The notes: generated by a model from the letters alone, not told the origin. Positions 8,306 to 17,891 are shown, counted from the stretch's first letter. The stretch is 64,000 nucleotides of DNA from Enhydrobacter aerosaccus (GCA_903915535.1 CAIWTJ010000204.1:37863-101862), one strand, 5' to 3'. A program made the numbers and translations.

Positions 8306-11154
8306 TACCCGAAGCGACTAAGCAAATAGGGGGCCACCGGCAGGCTGGTCTGGCGCCCGGTCATCATCTCCGCGGTGAGCCGCGACAGGACCGGCGCCAA
8401 GGTATAGCCGTTGGAACTGACGCAGTTGTAGAAGCCCGGCAGGCCCGGCACTTCGCCCAGGATCGGCGCGCGGTCGATGTTCACGTTCATGCCGGCCCAG
8501 ATGCGGATCGCGTGCAGGTCCGCGAGCGCCGGCACCGCGCGCGCGGCGATCCAGAGATTGCCCTCGACGCTCGACCGCAGGGCCCGCGAGAGCTTCTGCT
8601 TCTCGTCGAGGCCCGCGGTCCAGCCGCCACCGATCATGAAGGCGCCCGACGTCATCTGCTTCAGGGTGAGGTGGCGGCCCGTGTAGGCGACCAGCCGCGT
8701 GAGCGTGGGCGCGGTCGGCTCGGTGACGATCATCTGCAAGGGGGCGGCGCGCACCGGAATGTTGATGCCCACGAGCTTCGCGGTCTCCGCGGCCCAGGGG
8801 CCCGAGGCGTTGACGATCCGCTTGCACAGAATCTCGCCACGGCTCGTCTTGACGCGGTAGCCGGTACCGTCGCGCTCGATCGCCCGGACGTTGCTGCCGC
8901 GCCGGAAGCGCGCGCCCATTTCCTGCGCCTTGGCCACCACGGCATAGGTGCCCTTGAGCGGATTGATCTTGCCCTCGCCCGGGCACCATTCGGCGGCGAT
9001 GGCGACCTCGCCGATCCCGGGCTCGAGCCGGCGCAATTCGTTGGCGCCGATCATCTCGGCCTCGATGCCGCGGCTCTTTTCGAGCGCGATCTTGCCTTTC
9101 AGGATTTCGACGTCGCGCGCGGTTTCGGCCAGCATGAGGCCGCCGGAGATCTTGATCTCGAGGTCCTGGCCGGTGTCGCGCTGGATCTCCTGCCACAGCG
9201 CGATCGAGGCTGGCCCGAGCGGCAGCGTGTCGGCCGCACGGTTGGGACCGACCGGCGCGCTGCCGGTGAAATCGAAGGCCAGCAGCTGCACGTGCAGGCT
9301 GCCCGCGTTGGCGCCGGACGCCTGCAGGTTCACCTCGTCGCGCTCGACGACCATGGTGTCGATGCCTTCGCGCGCCAGCCAGTAGGCGACGCAGGAGCCC
9401 GCGACGCCGCCCCCGATAACCACCGTGTCGACCGTCGCGACCGGCAAAGGCTCGTTATCGTGGGGACGGGCCATGTCGGGCGGCACGAAATCGGTGTGGC
9501 CCGTCCACTCCGGCCGCTCGACCGTGAGGGCGTGGATCGGCACGGGCTTGGCCGGCGGCCGCGGCGCGAACAGGCCGAACTCGTCGACTTCGTGCGGGCA
9601 GAGCCGGGCGATCACCGCCGCACAATAGCGGCCCTGGCAGCGCCCCATGCCCGCGCGCGTCCAGCGCTTCACCGCTCCGGGCGTGTCATGGCCCAGGCGG
9701 ATGATGCCGCGCAGTTCGCCGGCGTTCACTTCCTCGCAACGGCAGACGATGGCGGCGTTGTCGATGCCGCGCGGCACGAGAGGCGCGCCATCGAACAGAC
9801 GCCAAAGCGCGCTCTGGAAACGTCCGGCGCGCCGGACCGTGCGCTGCGACGAGCGCGCGTCGATCGCGCGCAAACCGAGATCGCGGGCGATCGCACCGGC
9901 CGCCAGCACGCCCTGTGCCTGCGCCATGTGCGCGCCGCCGAAGCGGGCACCGTCGCCGATCGAGAAGACCTCGGCGATGCTGGTCCGGCCCTCGCCGTCC
10001 GTCACCGTCTCCATCGAGCCCATGCCGCGCGCGACGAAGCGATGGCTGCACCCCAGCGAGCGCGCCAGTTCCGACGACGACGCGAAGCCATACCCCAGCG
10101 CCACGATGTCGGCGTCGATCGCGAGACCGCCCGCCTCCACCCGGCGCACACGATCCTCGCCCAGGATGCGCGTCACCCGCCGGCGCCAGTACAGGACGCC
10201 TTTCAGGCGCCGCGCCAGCGCCAGCCCCTTCACCGTCAGGACCGGGTCGGACCAGGCGGCACGGGCGAGATCGAACATGCCAAAGAGACCGGGCCGCGGC
10301 GCCGACTCGAGGACCGCCACGACATTGGCGCCGCCGTCGATCAGCTCGGCCGCCGTCTGCAGGCAGAGCGGGCCGTTGCCTGCGATGACGATGCGCTGCC
10401 CCGGCGCCACGCGATACGAACGCGCCAGCGTCTGCAGCCCGCCCACCGTCATCACGCCCGGCAAGGTCCAGCCGATCACCGGCATCGGCTGCTCGTAGGC
10501 ACCGGTCGCGAGTACGAGTCGCTTGGGCCGGAACAGGGTCGAGCGGCCGGCGACGATGGCGGCGACTTCGGTGGCGGAGAACGCGGCCCACACCGTGGTC
10601 TCGCCGAGGATACGCGCGCCCGCCTCCGCCGCCGAGCGGCGCAGCGACTCGCCGTCGCGGAACTGGCGATCGAGGGCTCCGGCATCGGCGTCGACGGAAG
10701 GCGCCAGCGGCTTGAAATATTGCCCCCCCGGCAGCAGCCGCTCGTCGGCCACGATGACCTTGGCTCCGGCAAGCGCGAGCGCCCGCGCCGCCGAAAGGCC
10801 GGCCGGGCCGGCGCCCACCACCAGCACGTCGCACTCGATTTCCTCGGCAGCGCCGGGTGGCGGCAGCTTGGTGCCGGCCACCGGCGCGGAGCGCACCTCC
10901 ATGCCGGCTTCAACCTTGGTGAGACAGGCGCGCTGGTTGGGACGTCCGTCGACCGTCACCAGGCAGTCGAAGCACACGCCCATGCCGCAGAAGGGCCCGC
11001 GGGGTGCACCGGATCGGGTCTGGCGCACGGCCACGACGTCCGCCGCGGCCAGCGCCGCCGCCACCGTCTCGCCCGGCAGTGCCTCGATCGCGGTCCCGTC
11101 GAAGGTGATCCGGACCGCCTCCACGGGGCGCATTTTGGGGTGCTTCAGCCGCAT
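8305..11154 (-). CDS. single-chain fusion of 2Fe-2S, FAD/NAD(P) pyridine-nucleotide-disulfide oxidoreductase, BFD-like 2Fe-2S and DAO-type FAD dehydrogenase (HcnA+HcnB+HcnC / opine-oxidase-like)
   Basis: 949 aa. N-terminus FCGMGVCFDCLV...RAC. Rossmann motifs VLVVGAGPAGLSAA and IVIAGNGPLCLQTA. CRCEEV...GMGRCQGRYC BFD-like cluster. C-terminal VVIGGGVAGSCVAYWLAREG DAO domain. The start could instead be M8 (11133). Confidence 0.8.
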   Translation of the reverse strand: MRLKHPKMRPVEAVRITFDGTAIEALPGETVAAALAAADVVAVRQTRSGAPRGPFCGMGVCFDCLVTVDGRPNQRACLTKVEAGMEVRSAPVAGTKLPPPGAAEEIECDVLVVGAGPAGLSAARALALAGAKVIVADERLLPGGQYFKPLAPSVDADAGALDRQFRDGESLRRSAAEAGARILGETTVWAAFSATEVAAIVAGRSTLFRPKRLVLATGAYEQPMPVIGWTLPGVMTVGGLQTLARSYRVAPGQRIVIAGNGPLCLQTAAELIDGGANVVAVLESAPRPGLFGMFDLARAAWSDPVLTVKGLALARRLKGVLYWRRRVTRILGEDRVRRVEAGGLAIDADIVALGYGFASSSELARSLGCSHRFVARGMGSMETVTDGEGRTSIAEVFSIGDGARFGGAHMAQAQGVLAAGAIARDLGLRAIDARSSQRTVRRAGRFQSALWRLFDGAPLVPRGIDNAAIVCRCEEVNAGELRGIIRLGHDTPGAVKRWTRAGMGRCQGRYCAAVIARLCPHEVDEFGLFAPRPPAKPVPIHALTVERPEWTGHTDFVPPDMARPHDNEPLPVATVDTVVIGGGVAGSCVAYWLAREGIDTMVVERDEVNLQASGANAGSLHVQLLAFDFTGSAPVGPNRAADTLPLGPASIALWQEIQRDTGQDLEIKISGGLMLAETARDVEILKGKIALEKSRGIEAEMIGANELRRLEPGIGEVAIAAEWCPGEGKINPLKGTYAVVAKAQEMGARFRRGSNVRAIERDGTGYRVKTSRGEILCKRIVNASGPWAAETAKLVGINIPVRAAPLQMIVTEPTAPTLTRLVAYTGRHLTLKQMTSGAFMIGGGWTAGLDEKQKLSRALRSSVEGNLWIAARAVPALADLHAIRIWAGMNVNIDRAPILGEVPGLPGFYNCVSSNGYTLAPVLSRLTAEMMTGRQTSLPVAPYLLSRFG

Positions 11155-11189
11155 GCCAAAAGGTCTACAATGGTTCCAAGGAGTACGTC

Positions 11190-12104
11190 ATGAAGAAGTT
11201 TCGCGGAACTTACACCGTCCTGATCACGCCTTTCACCGCCGACGGAAAGAAGGTCGACGAAGCGGCGCTCCGCCGGCTGGTCGATTTCCAGATCGACGAA
11301 GGCATCCACGGCCTGATTCCGCTCGGCAGCACCGGCGAGTTCCTGAGCGTGACGCCGGACGAGCGCCGCCAGATCGCCGAGATCGTGATCACGCAGGCGG
11401 CCGGCCGGGTGCCGGTGTTGATCGGCACGGGCGCGGAATGGACCGACGAGGTGGTGCGTTCCAGCCGCGAGGCGGAGTCACTGGGCGCCGACGGCGTCAT
11501 GATCATCCCGCCCTTCTACAGCGTGCCGACCGACGACGAACTTTACACACACTACAAAAAGGCGGCCGAAGCGATCTCGATCCCGGTCATGGTCTACAAC
11601 AATCCCGCGACCGCCAATGTCGACATGCTGCCCGAGCTGATCGCGCGCATCGCCCAGATCCCCAACTGCTCCTACGTCAAGGAATCGACGCTCGATCCCA
11701 CGCGCGTGCGCGACATCATCCGGCTCGCGGGCGACAAGATGACGGTGTTCGCGGGCGTGCTGGGTTACGAGTCGTTCTGGCTGGGCGCCGAGGGCTGGGT
11801 CGCCGTCTGCTCCAACGTGATCCCGCGCTGGTCGGCCGAGCTCTTCAACCTCGTGGCCGACAAGCGCGACATGGACGCCGCCCTCGCGCTCTACATGAAG
11901 ATGACGCCGCTCTTATGGTGGGTCGGCGGCCCGCGTTACGTCTCGGGCACGAAGGCTGCCTTCGAGATGATGGGCATGCCGATGGGCCCGCCGCGGGCGC
12001 CGCGTCTGCCGCTGCCCGAAGCGCAGCGCCCCGCCCTCGCCAAGGTCTTGCAGGAGATGGGCGTGCTGCCGGAGGAGAAGAAGCGCGCCGCCGGCACGCG
12101 CTGA
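11190..12104 (+). CDS. dihydrodipicolinate synthase / N-acetylneuraminate lyase family class I aldolase
   Basis: 304 aa. GLIPLGSTGEF, MVYNNP and YVKEST (Schiff-base Lys) motifs. Divergent from the oxidoreductase with only about 35 to 56 bp between them. Confidence 0.85.
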   Translation: MKKFRGTYTVLITPFTADGKKVDEAALRRLVDFQIDEGIHGLIPLGSTGEFLSVTPDERRQIAEIVITQAAGRVPVLIGTGAEWTDEVVRSSREAESLGADGVMIIPPFYSVPTDDELYTHYKKAAEAISIPVMVYNNPATANVDMLPELIARIAQIPNCSYVKESTLDPTRVRDIIRLAGDKMTVFAGVLGYESFWLGAEGWVAVCSNVIPRWSAELFNLVADKRDMDAALALYMKMTPLLWWVGGPRYVSGTKAAFEMMGMPMGPPRAPRLPLPEAQRPALAKVLQEMGVLPEEKKRAAGTR

Positions 12105-12123
12105 GCCCGGTTCTTCCCGAGAT

Positions 12124-12141
12124 TTCCCGACCAGTCGGGAA
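12124..12141 (+). terminator. candidate stem-loop just after the DHDPS-like gene
   Basis: ttcccga-ccag-tcgggaa, a 7-bp stem with a 4-nt loop, 20 nt after the stop. Only a weak T-run follows (gcattt). Confidence 0.3.
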
Positions 12142-12638
12142 GCATTTAAGGGGCTGGAGCAAGGGTTTTAGGCGATTCTTCCCGGTTTCCGTCACACCCC
12201 CTTGAAGGGGAGGCGACGGCGGGCCCGGCGGGCCTTGGTCCGGCGGCCTTGAGGTCTCGAATATTCCGGCGCGCCGTATCGATCTGGCAAGAGACGACGG
12301 CGATGGGGCGGGTCACTGGGCGCCCACACCAAAACGGGTTTTGGTAAGAGCCGTCGAACATCGGATCAAATGTTCTGCGAGCCAAGACGCAAAAGACGTC
12401 CGGCGGATTGCCGCGGCGGTCCCCCCCCGCGATCGTCAAATCTCACCACGAACGTCAGTTGCTTGCGACGCAATCTCGGTGGCCGTGTCGCAGGAGCTGA
12501 TGAATGTCAGACTGGAGTAAGTTTGACTTACCCGAATGTTACGGGCGATGTCGAATTACGCGTATCTGACTTCATCGATCGTTGTTGACGAGAGGCCATG
12601 CTGTTACGTGACGATTCGCAAATTGGGGATCGTCATCG

Positions 12639-13331
12639 ATGCGAGTGCTGATCGTCGAAGACAACCGCGAGCTGGCACAACTCATTGCCAAGCGTCTGGA
12701 CCAATCCGGTTTCGAATCAGACCGAGTCGACACCGCGGACCTTGCCCGCCAAGCGGTCGAGACCGTCGACTATGCGGCGCTCGTCCTCGATCTCGGCCTG
12801 CCCGACGGGGACGGGCTTTCTTTCCTGCGTTGGCTTCGGCAACAGGGGAAAGCTCTTCCGGTCCTGATTGCATCGGCACGCAATGGTCTGGAGGACCGGG
12901 TCAGCGGTCTGCGCCAAGGCGCCGACGACTATCTTGCCAAGCCATTCTCCGTCGACGAGCTGATCGCACGCCTGCACGCGCTGATGCGTCGGCCGCGGAA
13001 GATGCTGGGCAATGTACTCTCGGCCGGGAATGTCGTGATCGACAGCGACAAGCACCAGGTGAACGTCGGCGATCGCGTGCTGCCGATGCGGCTGCGCGAG
13101 ACCGCGCTGCTCGACCTGTTGATTCGCCACAAGAACCGCGTAGTACCGCGCCGCTATGTCGAAGACCAGCTCTTTGGCATCGACGGAGATCAGGATTCGA
13201 ACGCGATCGAAGTCTACATCCATCGCGTGCGCAGACAACTTCTCGATGCTCAGGCGACGGTCAAGGTGCACAACGTCCGCGGTGTCGGCTACATGCTATT
13301 CGAGGACAAGAACCCCGCGAACATGAACTGA
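12639..13331 (+). CDS. OmpR/PhoB-family response regulator
   Basis: 230 aa. Receiver domain (VLIVEDN ... LVLDLGLPDGDG ... KPF) plus a winged-helix C-terminus (VYIHRVRRQL...VRGVGYML). No histidine kinase gene is adjacent. Confidence 0.9.
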   Translation: MRVLIVEDNRELAQLIAKRLDQSGFESDRVDTADLARQAVETVDYAALVLDLGLPDGDGLSFLRWLRQQGKALPVLIASARNGLEDRVSGLRQGADDYLAKPFSVDELIARLHALMRRPRKMLGNVLSAGNVVIDSDKHQVNVGDRVLPMRLRETALLDLLIRHKNRVVPRRYVEDQLFGIDGDQDSNAIEVYIHRVRRQLLDAQATVKVHNVRGVGYMLFEDKNPANMN

Positions 13332-13428
13332 TGTCGCAGGGTCGGATTTTTCGTTCCCGGGAAAGTTTTCGGTAAGGCTGCTGCCCTAAGGTCTGCCTGC
13401 CAACTGACCGAATAGTCCGTCGAATACG

Positions 13429-14652
13429 ATGAACATCATGAAGCTGTACGCCCTCGCTATCGCGCATCGCTGGCGGCTGCTCGCGGGCCTTGGCTTGATC
13501 GCCCTCGCGCTCGCCGGTTGGTGGCTGCTGTCCGGCTCTCCGGCAACGCCACCGTCGGAGAAGAACGCGCGCAGAGGCCGGGCTCCCATGCAGGCCCTCA
13601 AGATCGAGATCGAGCTGAGCGAAAAGCAGGCGGCCACCATCCAGGTCGCGCCGGTCGGCCGGGCCACCTTCGAGGTCGTGCGCCAGGCGGTCGGCAACAT
13701 CGACTTCAACCAGAACATGGTCGTCCAGGTGTTCACGCCCAACGCCGGACGCATCATCGCAGCCCAGGCCAACGTTGGCGATCGCGTGCTGCGCGGACAG
13801 ATCCTGTTCACCATCGACAGCCCCGACCTTCTGCAGGCCGAATCGACCCTGATTTCCGCGGCCGGCGTGGCGGCCCTTCAGGCGCGCAACCTCAAGCGGC
13901 TGACCGAGACGCTGCGGGGCGGCGGCGGGGCGCAGAAGGACGTAGACCAGGCGACATCCGACCAGCAGGCCGCGGAAGGCGCGCTTCGCAGTGCCCGCGA
14001 CGCCGTGCGCATCTTCGGCAAGACCGAGGAGGAGATCGACCGTATCGTCGCCGAGCGACGGGTCGATTCCGTGCTGGTCGTGCGCAGCCCGATCGCGGGC
14101 CTCGTCACCCAGCGCACGGCGGCACCCGGCCTCTACGTCCAGCCCGGCAATGCGCCCGCGCCGATCACCGTGGCCGATACCTCGACCATGTGGATGGTGG
14201 CCAACATTCCGGAAGCCGACAGCACGCGGCTCCGCGTGGGCCAGGCGGTCAATGTGCGCGTCTCCGCCCTCCCGGACCGCACATTCGAAGGCGCCGTGAC
14301 GGTCGTGGGCGCTTCGGTCGATCCCAATACGCGCCGCGTGATGGTGCGTTCGGAGATCAAGGACCCCGACAGCCTGCTGCGCGCCGGCATGTTCGCGACC
14401 TTCACCATCCAGCTCGGCACCGCGCCAGATCAGCCCGCGGTTCCCAACGCGGCCATCGTCCGCGAAGGGGACGGCAGCATGACCGTGTGGGCGACCGTCG
14501 ATCGCCGCCATTTCGAGAAACGCACCGTGAAGACCGGGCTGCAGCAGCGCGACGTCACGCAGATTCTCGCCGGGCTGCAGGCCGGCGACCTGATTGCCAC
14601 CGACGGAGCGGTCTTCATCAGCAATAAGCTCGACATGGGCGCGACCGACTGA
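13429..14652 (+). CDS. efflux RND periplasmic adaptor (HlyD/MFP family)
   Basis: 407 aa with an N-terminal membrane anchor and lipoyl and beta-barrel type motifs (GDRVLRGQILFTIDSPDL). The stop overlaps the RND start (TGATG). Confidence 0.85.
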   Translation: MNIMKLYALAIAHRWRLLAGLGLIALALAGWWLLSGSPATPPSEKNARRGRAPMQALKIEIELSEKQAATIQVAPVGRATFEVVRQAVGNIDFNQNMVVQVFTPNAGRIIAAQANVGDRVLRGQILFTIDSPDLLQAESTLISAAGVAALQARNLKRLTETLRGGGGAQKDVDQATSDQQAAEGALRSARDAVRIFGKTEEEIDRIVAERRVDSVLVVRSPIAGLVTQRTAAPGLYVQPGNAPAPITVADTSTMWMVANIPEADSTRLRVGQAVNVRVSALPDRTFEGAVTVVGASVDPNTRRVMVRSEIKDPDSLLRAGMFATFTIQLGTAPDQPAVPNAAIVREGDGSMTVWATVDRRHFEKRTVKTGLQQRDVTQILAGLQAGDLIATDGAVFISNKLDMGATD

Positions 14653-17600
14653 TGCTCAAGTCCATCCTCGAATTCGGTCTCACGCGACGGCCGATCGTCG
14701 TGCTTGTCGTGCTGGTCTTCATCGGGGCGGGCCTGTTCGCCTTTTCGCGGCTGAACATCGAAGCCTATCCCAATCCGGCACCGGTCATCCTCGAAATCAC
14801 CGCGCAGGCACCGGGTCTCTCCGCCGAGGAGATGGAAAAGTACTACACGATCCCGATGGAGATCGCGCTCTACCCGACGCCGGGCGTGATCAACATCCGC
14901 TCGACCTCGTTCTACGGTCTCAGCTTCGTGCGCGTTACCTTCAAGTACGGCGTCGACTTTGACACCGCCTACTCGCAGGCCGGCGTCTATCTTCAACAGG
15001 GCGTCAACCTTCCGGGCAACCAGGTGCCGCAAATCCAGCAGTCGAGCCTGGTCGGCGAGATCGTGCGCTACCAGGTCACCGGGCCGCCGCAACTGGGACT
15101 GACCACTCTGCGCACCATCCAGGACTGGGTCGTCACGCGACGGCTGCTCGCAATTCCCGGCGTGGTCCAGATCAACAGCTGGGGCGGCACGACCAAGCAG
15201 TTCAACGTCGATGTCGATCTCGCGAAGCTCGAAGCCTACAACGCGACAATCCCGCAGATCATCACCGCGCTCGGCAACGCAAACGTCAACGTCGGCGGGC
15301 GCGAGATCACGATGGGCCAGCAGTCCGTCAACATACGCGGCGTGGGCCTGATCGACACCGGCGGCAACACCGACCTGACGCAGGGGTGCCGGGTGAACGA
15401 CATCGAGAACGTCGTGCTGTCGCAGACCAATGGCGTGCCGGTGCAGATCAAGGACGTGGCGAAGGTGGAAGTGGGCTACGTGCCGCGACTGGGCATCGCC
15501 GGACGTGACAGCCAGCCCGACATCGCCGCGGCGATCGTGGTCATGGGTCGCACGCAGCACACCAACGAGGTTCTGCCCAAGGTCGAAGCCGAGATCGAGA
15601 AAATCAACGGCGACGGCACCCTGCCGGCAGGCGTCAAGGTGGTGCCCTACTACGACCGCAGCACGCTGGTGGACGTCACCACCCACACAGTGCTGCACAA
15701 TCTGGTGTTCGGCTGCCTGCTGGTCTTCCTGATCCAGTGGATCTTCCTGGGCGACCTGCGCAGCGCAATCATCGTCGGCGTGAACATCCCCTTCGCCCTG
15801 TTCTTCGCCGTGATGATCATGGTGGCCCGCGGCGAGGACGCCAATCTCCTGTCGGTCGGCGCGGTCGACTTCGGCATCATCATCGATTCGGCGGTGATCC
15901 TGGTCGAGAACGTCTTCCGCAACTTCCAGAGCGACCGAAACAGCCGCAACCGGCTGCTGCAGCACCTCAGCGAAGGACTCTGGGGAACGGACTCGACGGC
16001 ATCGACCAGCAGGCACGGCAGCTCCAAGCTGTGGACCGACCGATTGCGCCTGATCTTCGTCAGTGCATTGCAGGTGGACAAATCGATCTTCTTCACGGCC
16101 GCGATAACCATCACCGCGTTTCTGCCCTTGTTCACGATGACCGGTGTCGAGGGCCAGATCTTCGGCCCGATGGCCCGCACTTATGCCTATGCGCTAAGCG
16201 GTGCGCTGCTGGCGACCTTCACCGTGACGCCGGTTCTGGCGTCGATCGTGTTGCCGCGCGAGGTCGAGGAAGTCGAGACGGTGATCGTGCGCTTCGTGCG
16301 CCGGGCCTACACCCCGGTGCTGCGCTGGGCGCTGCGTCGGGTGGCGTTCCCGCTCGCCATCGGCTCAGTCTTCCTGCTGGTCTCCGGCTTTCTAGCCACT
16401 CGGCTGGGCAGCGAATTCCTGCCGGCGCTGGAGGAAGGCAACTTCTGGATCCGTGCCTCGATGCCGCCGACCCTCAGCCTCGACGCGGGCATCGCCGCTT
16501 CCGCCAGGATGCGCGAAATCCTGTTGCGCCATCCCGAGGTGCTGACGGTCGTGTCGCAACATGGCCGCCCCGACAACGGCAGCGATGCCTCGCCCTTCTC
16601 CAACGTCGAGTTGTTCGCGCCGCTGAAGCCGCCAGACCAATGGACGCCCGGCCTCGACAAGGCGAGGCTCACCGACATCCTGCAGAAGGAATTCGAGGAA
16701 GCCCTGCCCGGCGTCGGCTTCAATTTCTCGCAGTACATCCAGGACAATGTCGAGGAGGCCCTGTCCGGCGTGAAGGGGGCCAACTCGGTGAAGATCGTCG
16801 GACCCGACCTCGTGGTCCTGGAGCGGCTTGCCGACCAGGTGATGACCAGGATGAGCCAGGTAGAAGGTGTGGCCGATCTCGGCATCTTCCACGTGCTCGG
16901 CCAGCCCAATCTCAATATCCGCATCGATCGCGAGAAGGCTGCGCGCTACGGGCTCAACACCGGCGACATCAACACCGTCGTCCAGGCCGCGATGGGCGGC
17001 ACGAATGCGACGACGGTGCTTGAGGGAGACCGTCAGTTCGGCGTCTCTGTCCGGCTGGCGAAGACCTATCGTGCCACCGTCGAAGAGATCGGCAACGTCA
17101 AAGTGGGCTACCAGACGCCGGCGGGAACGAATGCCTACGTGCCGCTGAGCGAGCTTGCGTACATCACGATCGACACTGGCGCCTCGTACATCTACCGGGA
17201 GAGCAGCGCGCGCTACATTCCGATCAAATTCAGCGTCCGCGGTCGCGACCTCGGCAGCACCGTGGCCGAGGCGCAGGCGCGCATCACCCGGGATATCAAA
17301 CTGCCGAGCGGCTATCGCATCCTTTGGTCGGGCGAGTTCGACAACCTGCAGCAGGCCACACAACGGTTGATGATCATCGTGCCGATCACATTCCTGCTGA
17401 TCCTCGTGTTGCTCTACGGCCTGTTCAACACCTTGCGCGACAGCCTGATCGCGGTGGCCGGCATTCCCTTCGCCGTAGGTGGCGGCGTCATCGCGCTCTA
17501 CATCACGGGCGAGGATTTCAGCGTCTCGGCCGCCATCGGCTTCATCTCGCTTGCGGGTGTCGCGGTGATGGACGGCATCCTGAACATCACCTATTTCCGC

Positions 17601-17891
17601 GAACTGCTCAGTCGCGGCATGTCGTTCGAGGAGGCGATCTTCAACGGCGCCGAGCAACGCATGCGGCCGATGCTGATGACCGCCCTCTCCGCAGGTGTCG
17701 GCCTGTTGCCCGCCGCGATCTCGCAGGGCATCGGCAGCCAGGTCCAGCGACCGCTCGCGACCGTCGTCGTGGGCGGCATGCTGCTCGGCCCGATCATGCT
17801 GCTGGTCGTGGCGCCGGCGATCCGCAAGGTCTTCCTCAAGACCTACATCCGCAGCCCCGAACGCACGGAATTGGCGGAGGAAGCCGAATGA
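14652..17891 (+). CDS. CzcA/CusA-family (HME) RND efflux permease
   Basis: 1079 aa. N-terminus ...RRPIVVLVVLVFIGAGLFAFSRLNIEAYPNP and TM4 VDFGIIIDSAVILVENVFRN are typical of heavy-metal-efflux RND pumps. Confidence 0.9.
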   Translation: MLKSILEFGLTRRPIVVLVVLVFIGAGLFAFSRLNIEAYPNPAPVILEITAQAPGLSAEEMEKYYTIPMEIALYPTPGVINIRSTSFYGLSFVRVTFKYGVDFDTAYSQAGVYLQQGVNLPGNQVPQIQQSSLVGEIVRYQVTGPPQLGLTTLRTIQDWVVTRRLLAIPGVVQINSWGGTTKQFNVDVDLAKLEAYNATIPQIITALGNANVNVGGREITMGQQSVNIRGVGLIDTGGNTDLTQGCRVNDIENVVLSQTNGVPVQIKDVAKVEVGYVPRLGIAGRDSQPDIAAAIVVMGRTQHTNEVLPKVEAEIEKINGDGTLPAGVKVVPYYDRSTLVDVTTHTVLHNLVFGCLLVFLIQWIFLGDLRSAIIVGVNIPFALFFAVMIMVARGEDANLLSVGAVDFGIIIDSAVILVENVFRNFQSDRNSRNRLLQHLSEGLWGTDSTASTSRHGSSKLWTDRLRLIFVSALQVDKSIFFTAAITITAFLPLFTMTGVEGQIFGPMARTYAYALSGALLATFTVTPVLASIVLPREVEEVETVIVRFVRRAYTPVLRWALRRVAFPLAIGSVFLLVSGFLATRLGSEFLPALEEGNFWIRASMPPTLSLDAGIAASARMREILLRHPEVLTVVSQHGRPDNGSDASPFSNVELFAPLKPPDQWTPGLDKARLTDILQKEFEEALPGVGFNFSQYIQDNVEEALSGVKGANSVKIVGPDLVVLERLADQVMTRMSQVEGVADLGIFHVLGQPNLNIRIDREKAARYGLNTGDINTVVQAAMGGTNATTVLEGDRQFGVSVRLAKTYRATVEEIGNVKVGYQTPAGTNAYVPLSELAYITIDTGASYIYRESSARYIPIKFSVRGRDLGSTVAEAQARITRDIKLPSGYRILWSGEFDNLQQATQRLMIIVPITFLLILVLLYGLFNTLRDSLIAVAGIPFAVGGGVIALYITGEDFSVSAAIGFISLAGVAVMDGILNITYFRELLSRGMSFEEAIFNGAEQRMRPMLMTALSAGVGLLPAAISQGIGSQVQRPLATVVVGGMLLGPIMLLVVAPAIRKVFLKTYIRSPERTELAEEAE

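Noticed and set aside
6072-11193. Long antisense ORFs 6072..7760(-) and 8512..11193(+) opposite the hydantoinase and oxidoreductase genes. The same applies to 43363..44919(-), 49997..52180(-), 28510..30669(+), 61488..63209(+) and similar.
   Set aside because: Their translations are dominated by R/A/G/D/H with no recognisable motifs, while the opposite strand carries proteins with clear family signatures. They are stop-codon-poor antisense frames expected at this GC content.
12146-12439. 97-aa minus-strand ORF in the long spacer upstream of the response regulator
   Set aside because: No RBS, odd composition, no recognisable motif, and it spans the C8 tract. It is more likely non-coding.
13348-13371. 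TTTTCG ... ttcccgggaa ... TTTTCG arrangement between the regulator and the adaptor gene, as a possible OmpR-box
   Set aside because: The direct repeats are 18 bp apart rather than the 10 to 11 or 21 bp expected. The central 10-bp palindrome is too short to judge. There is insufficient support without comparative data.
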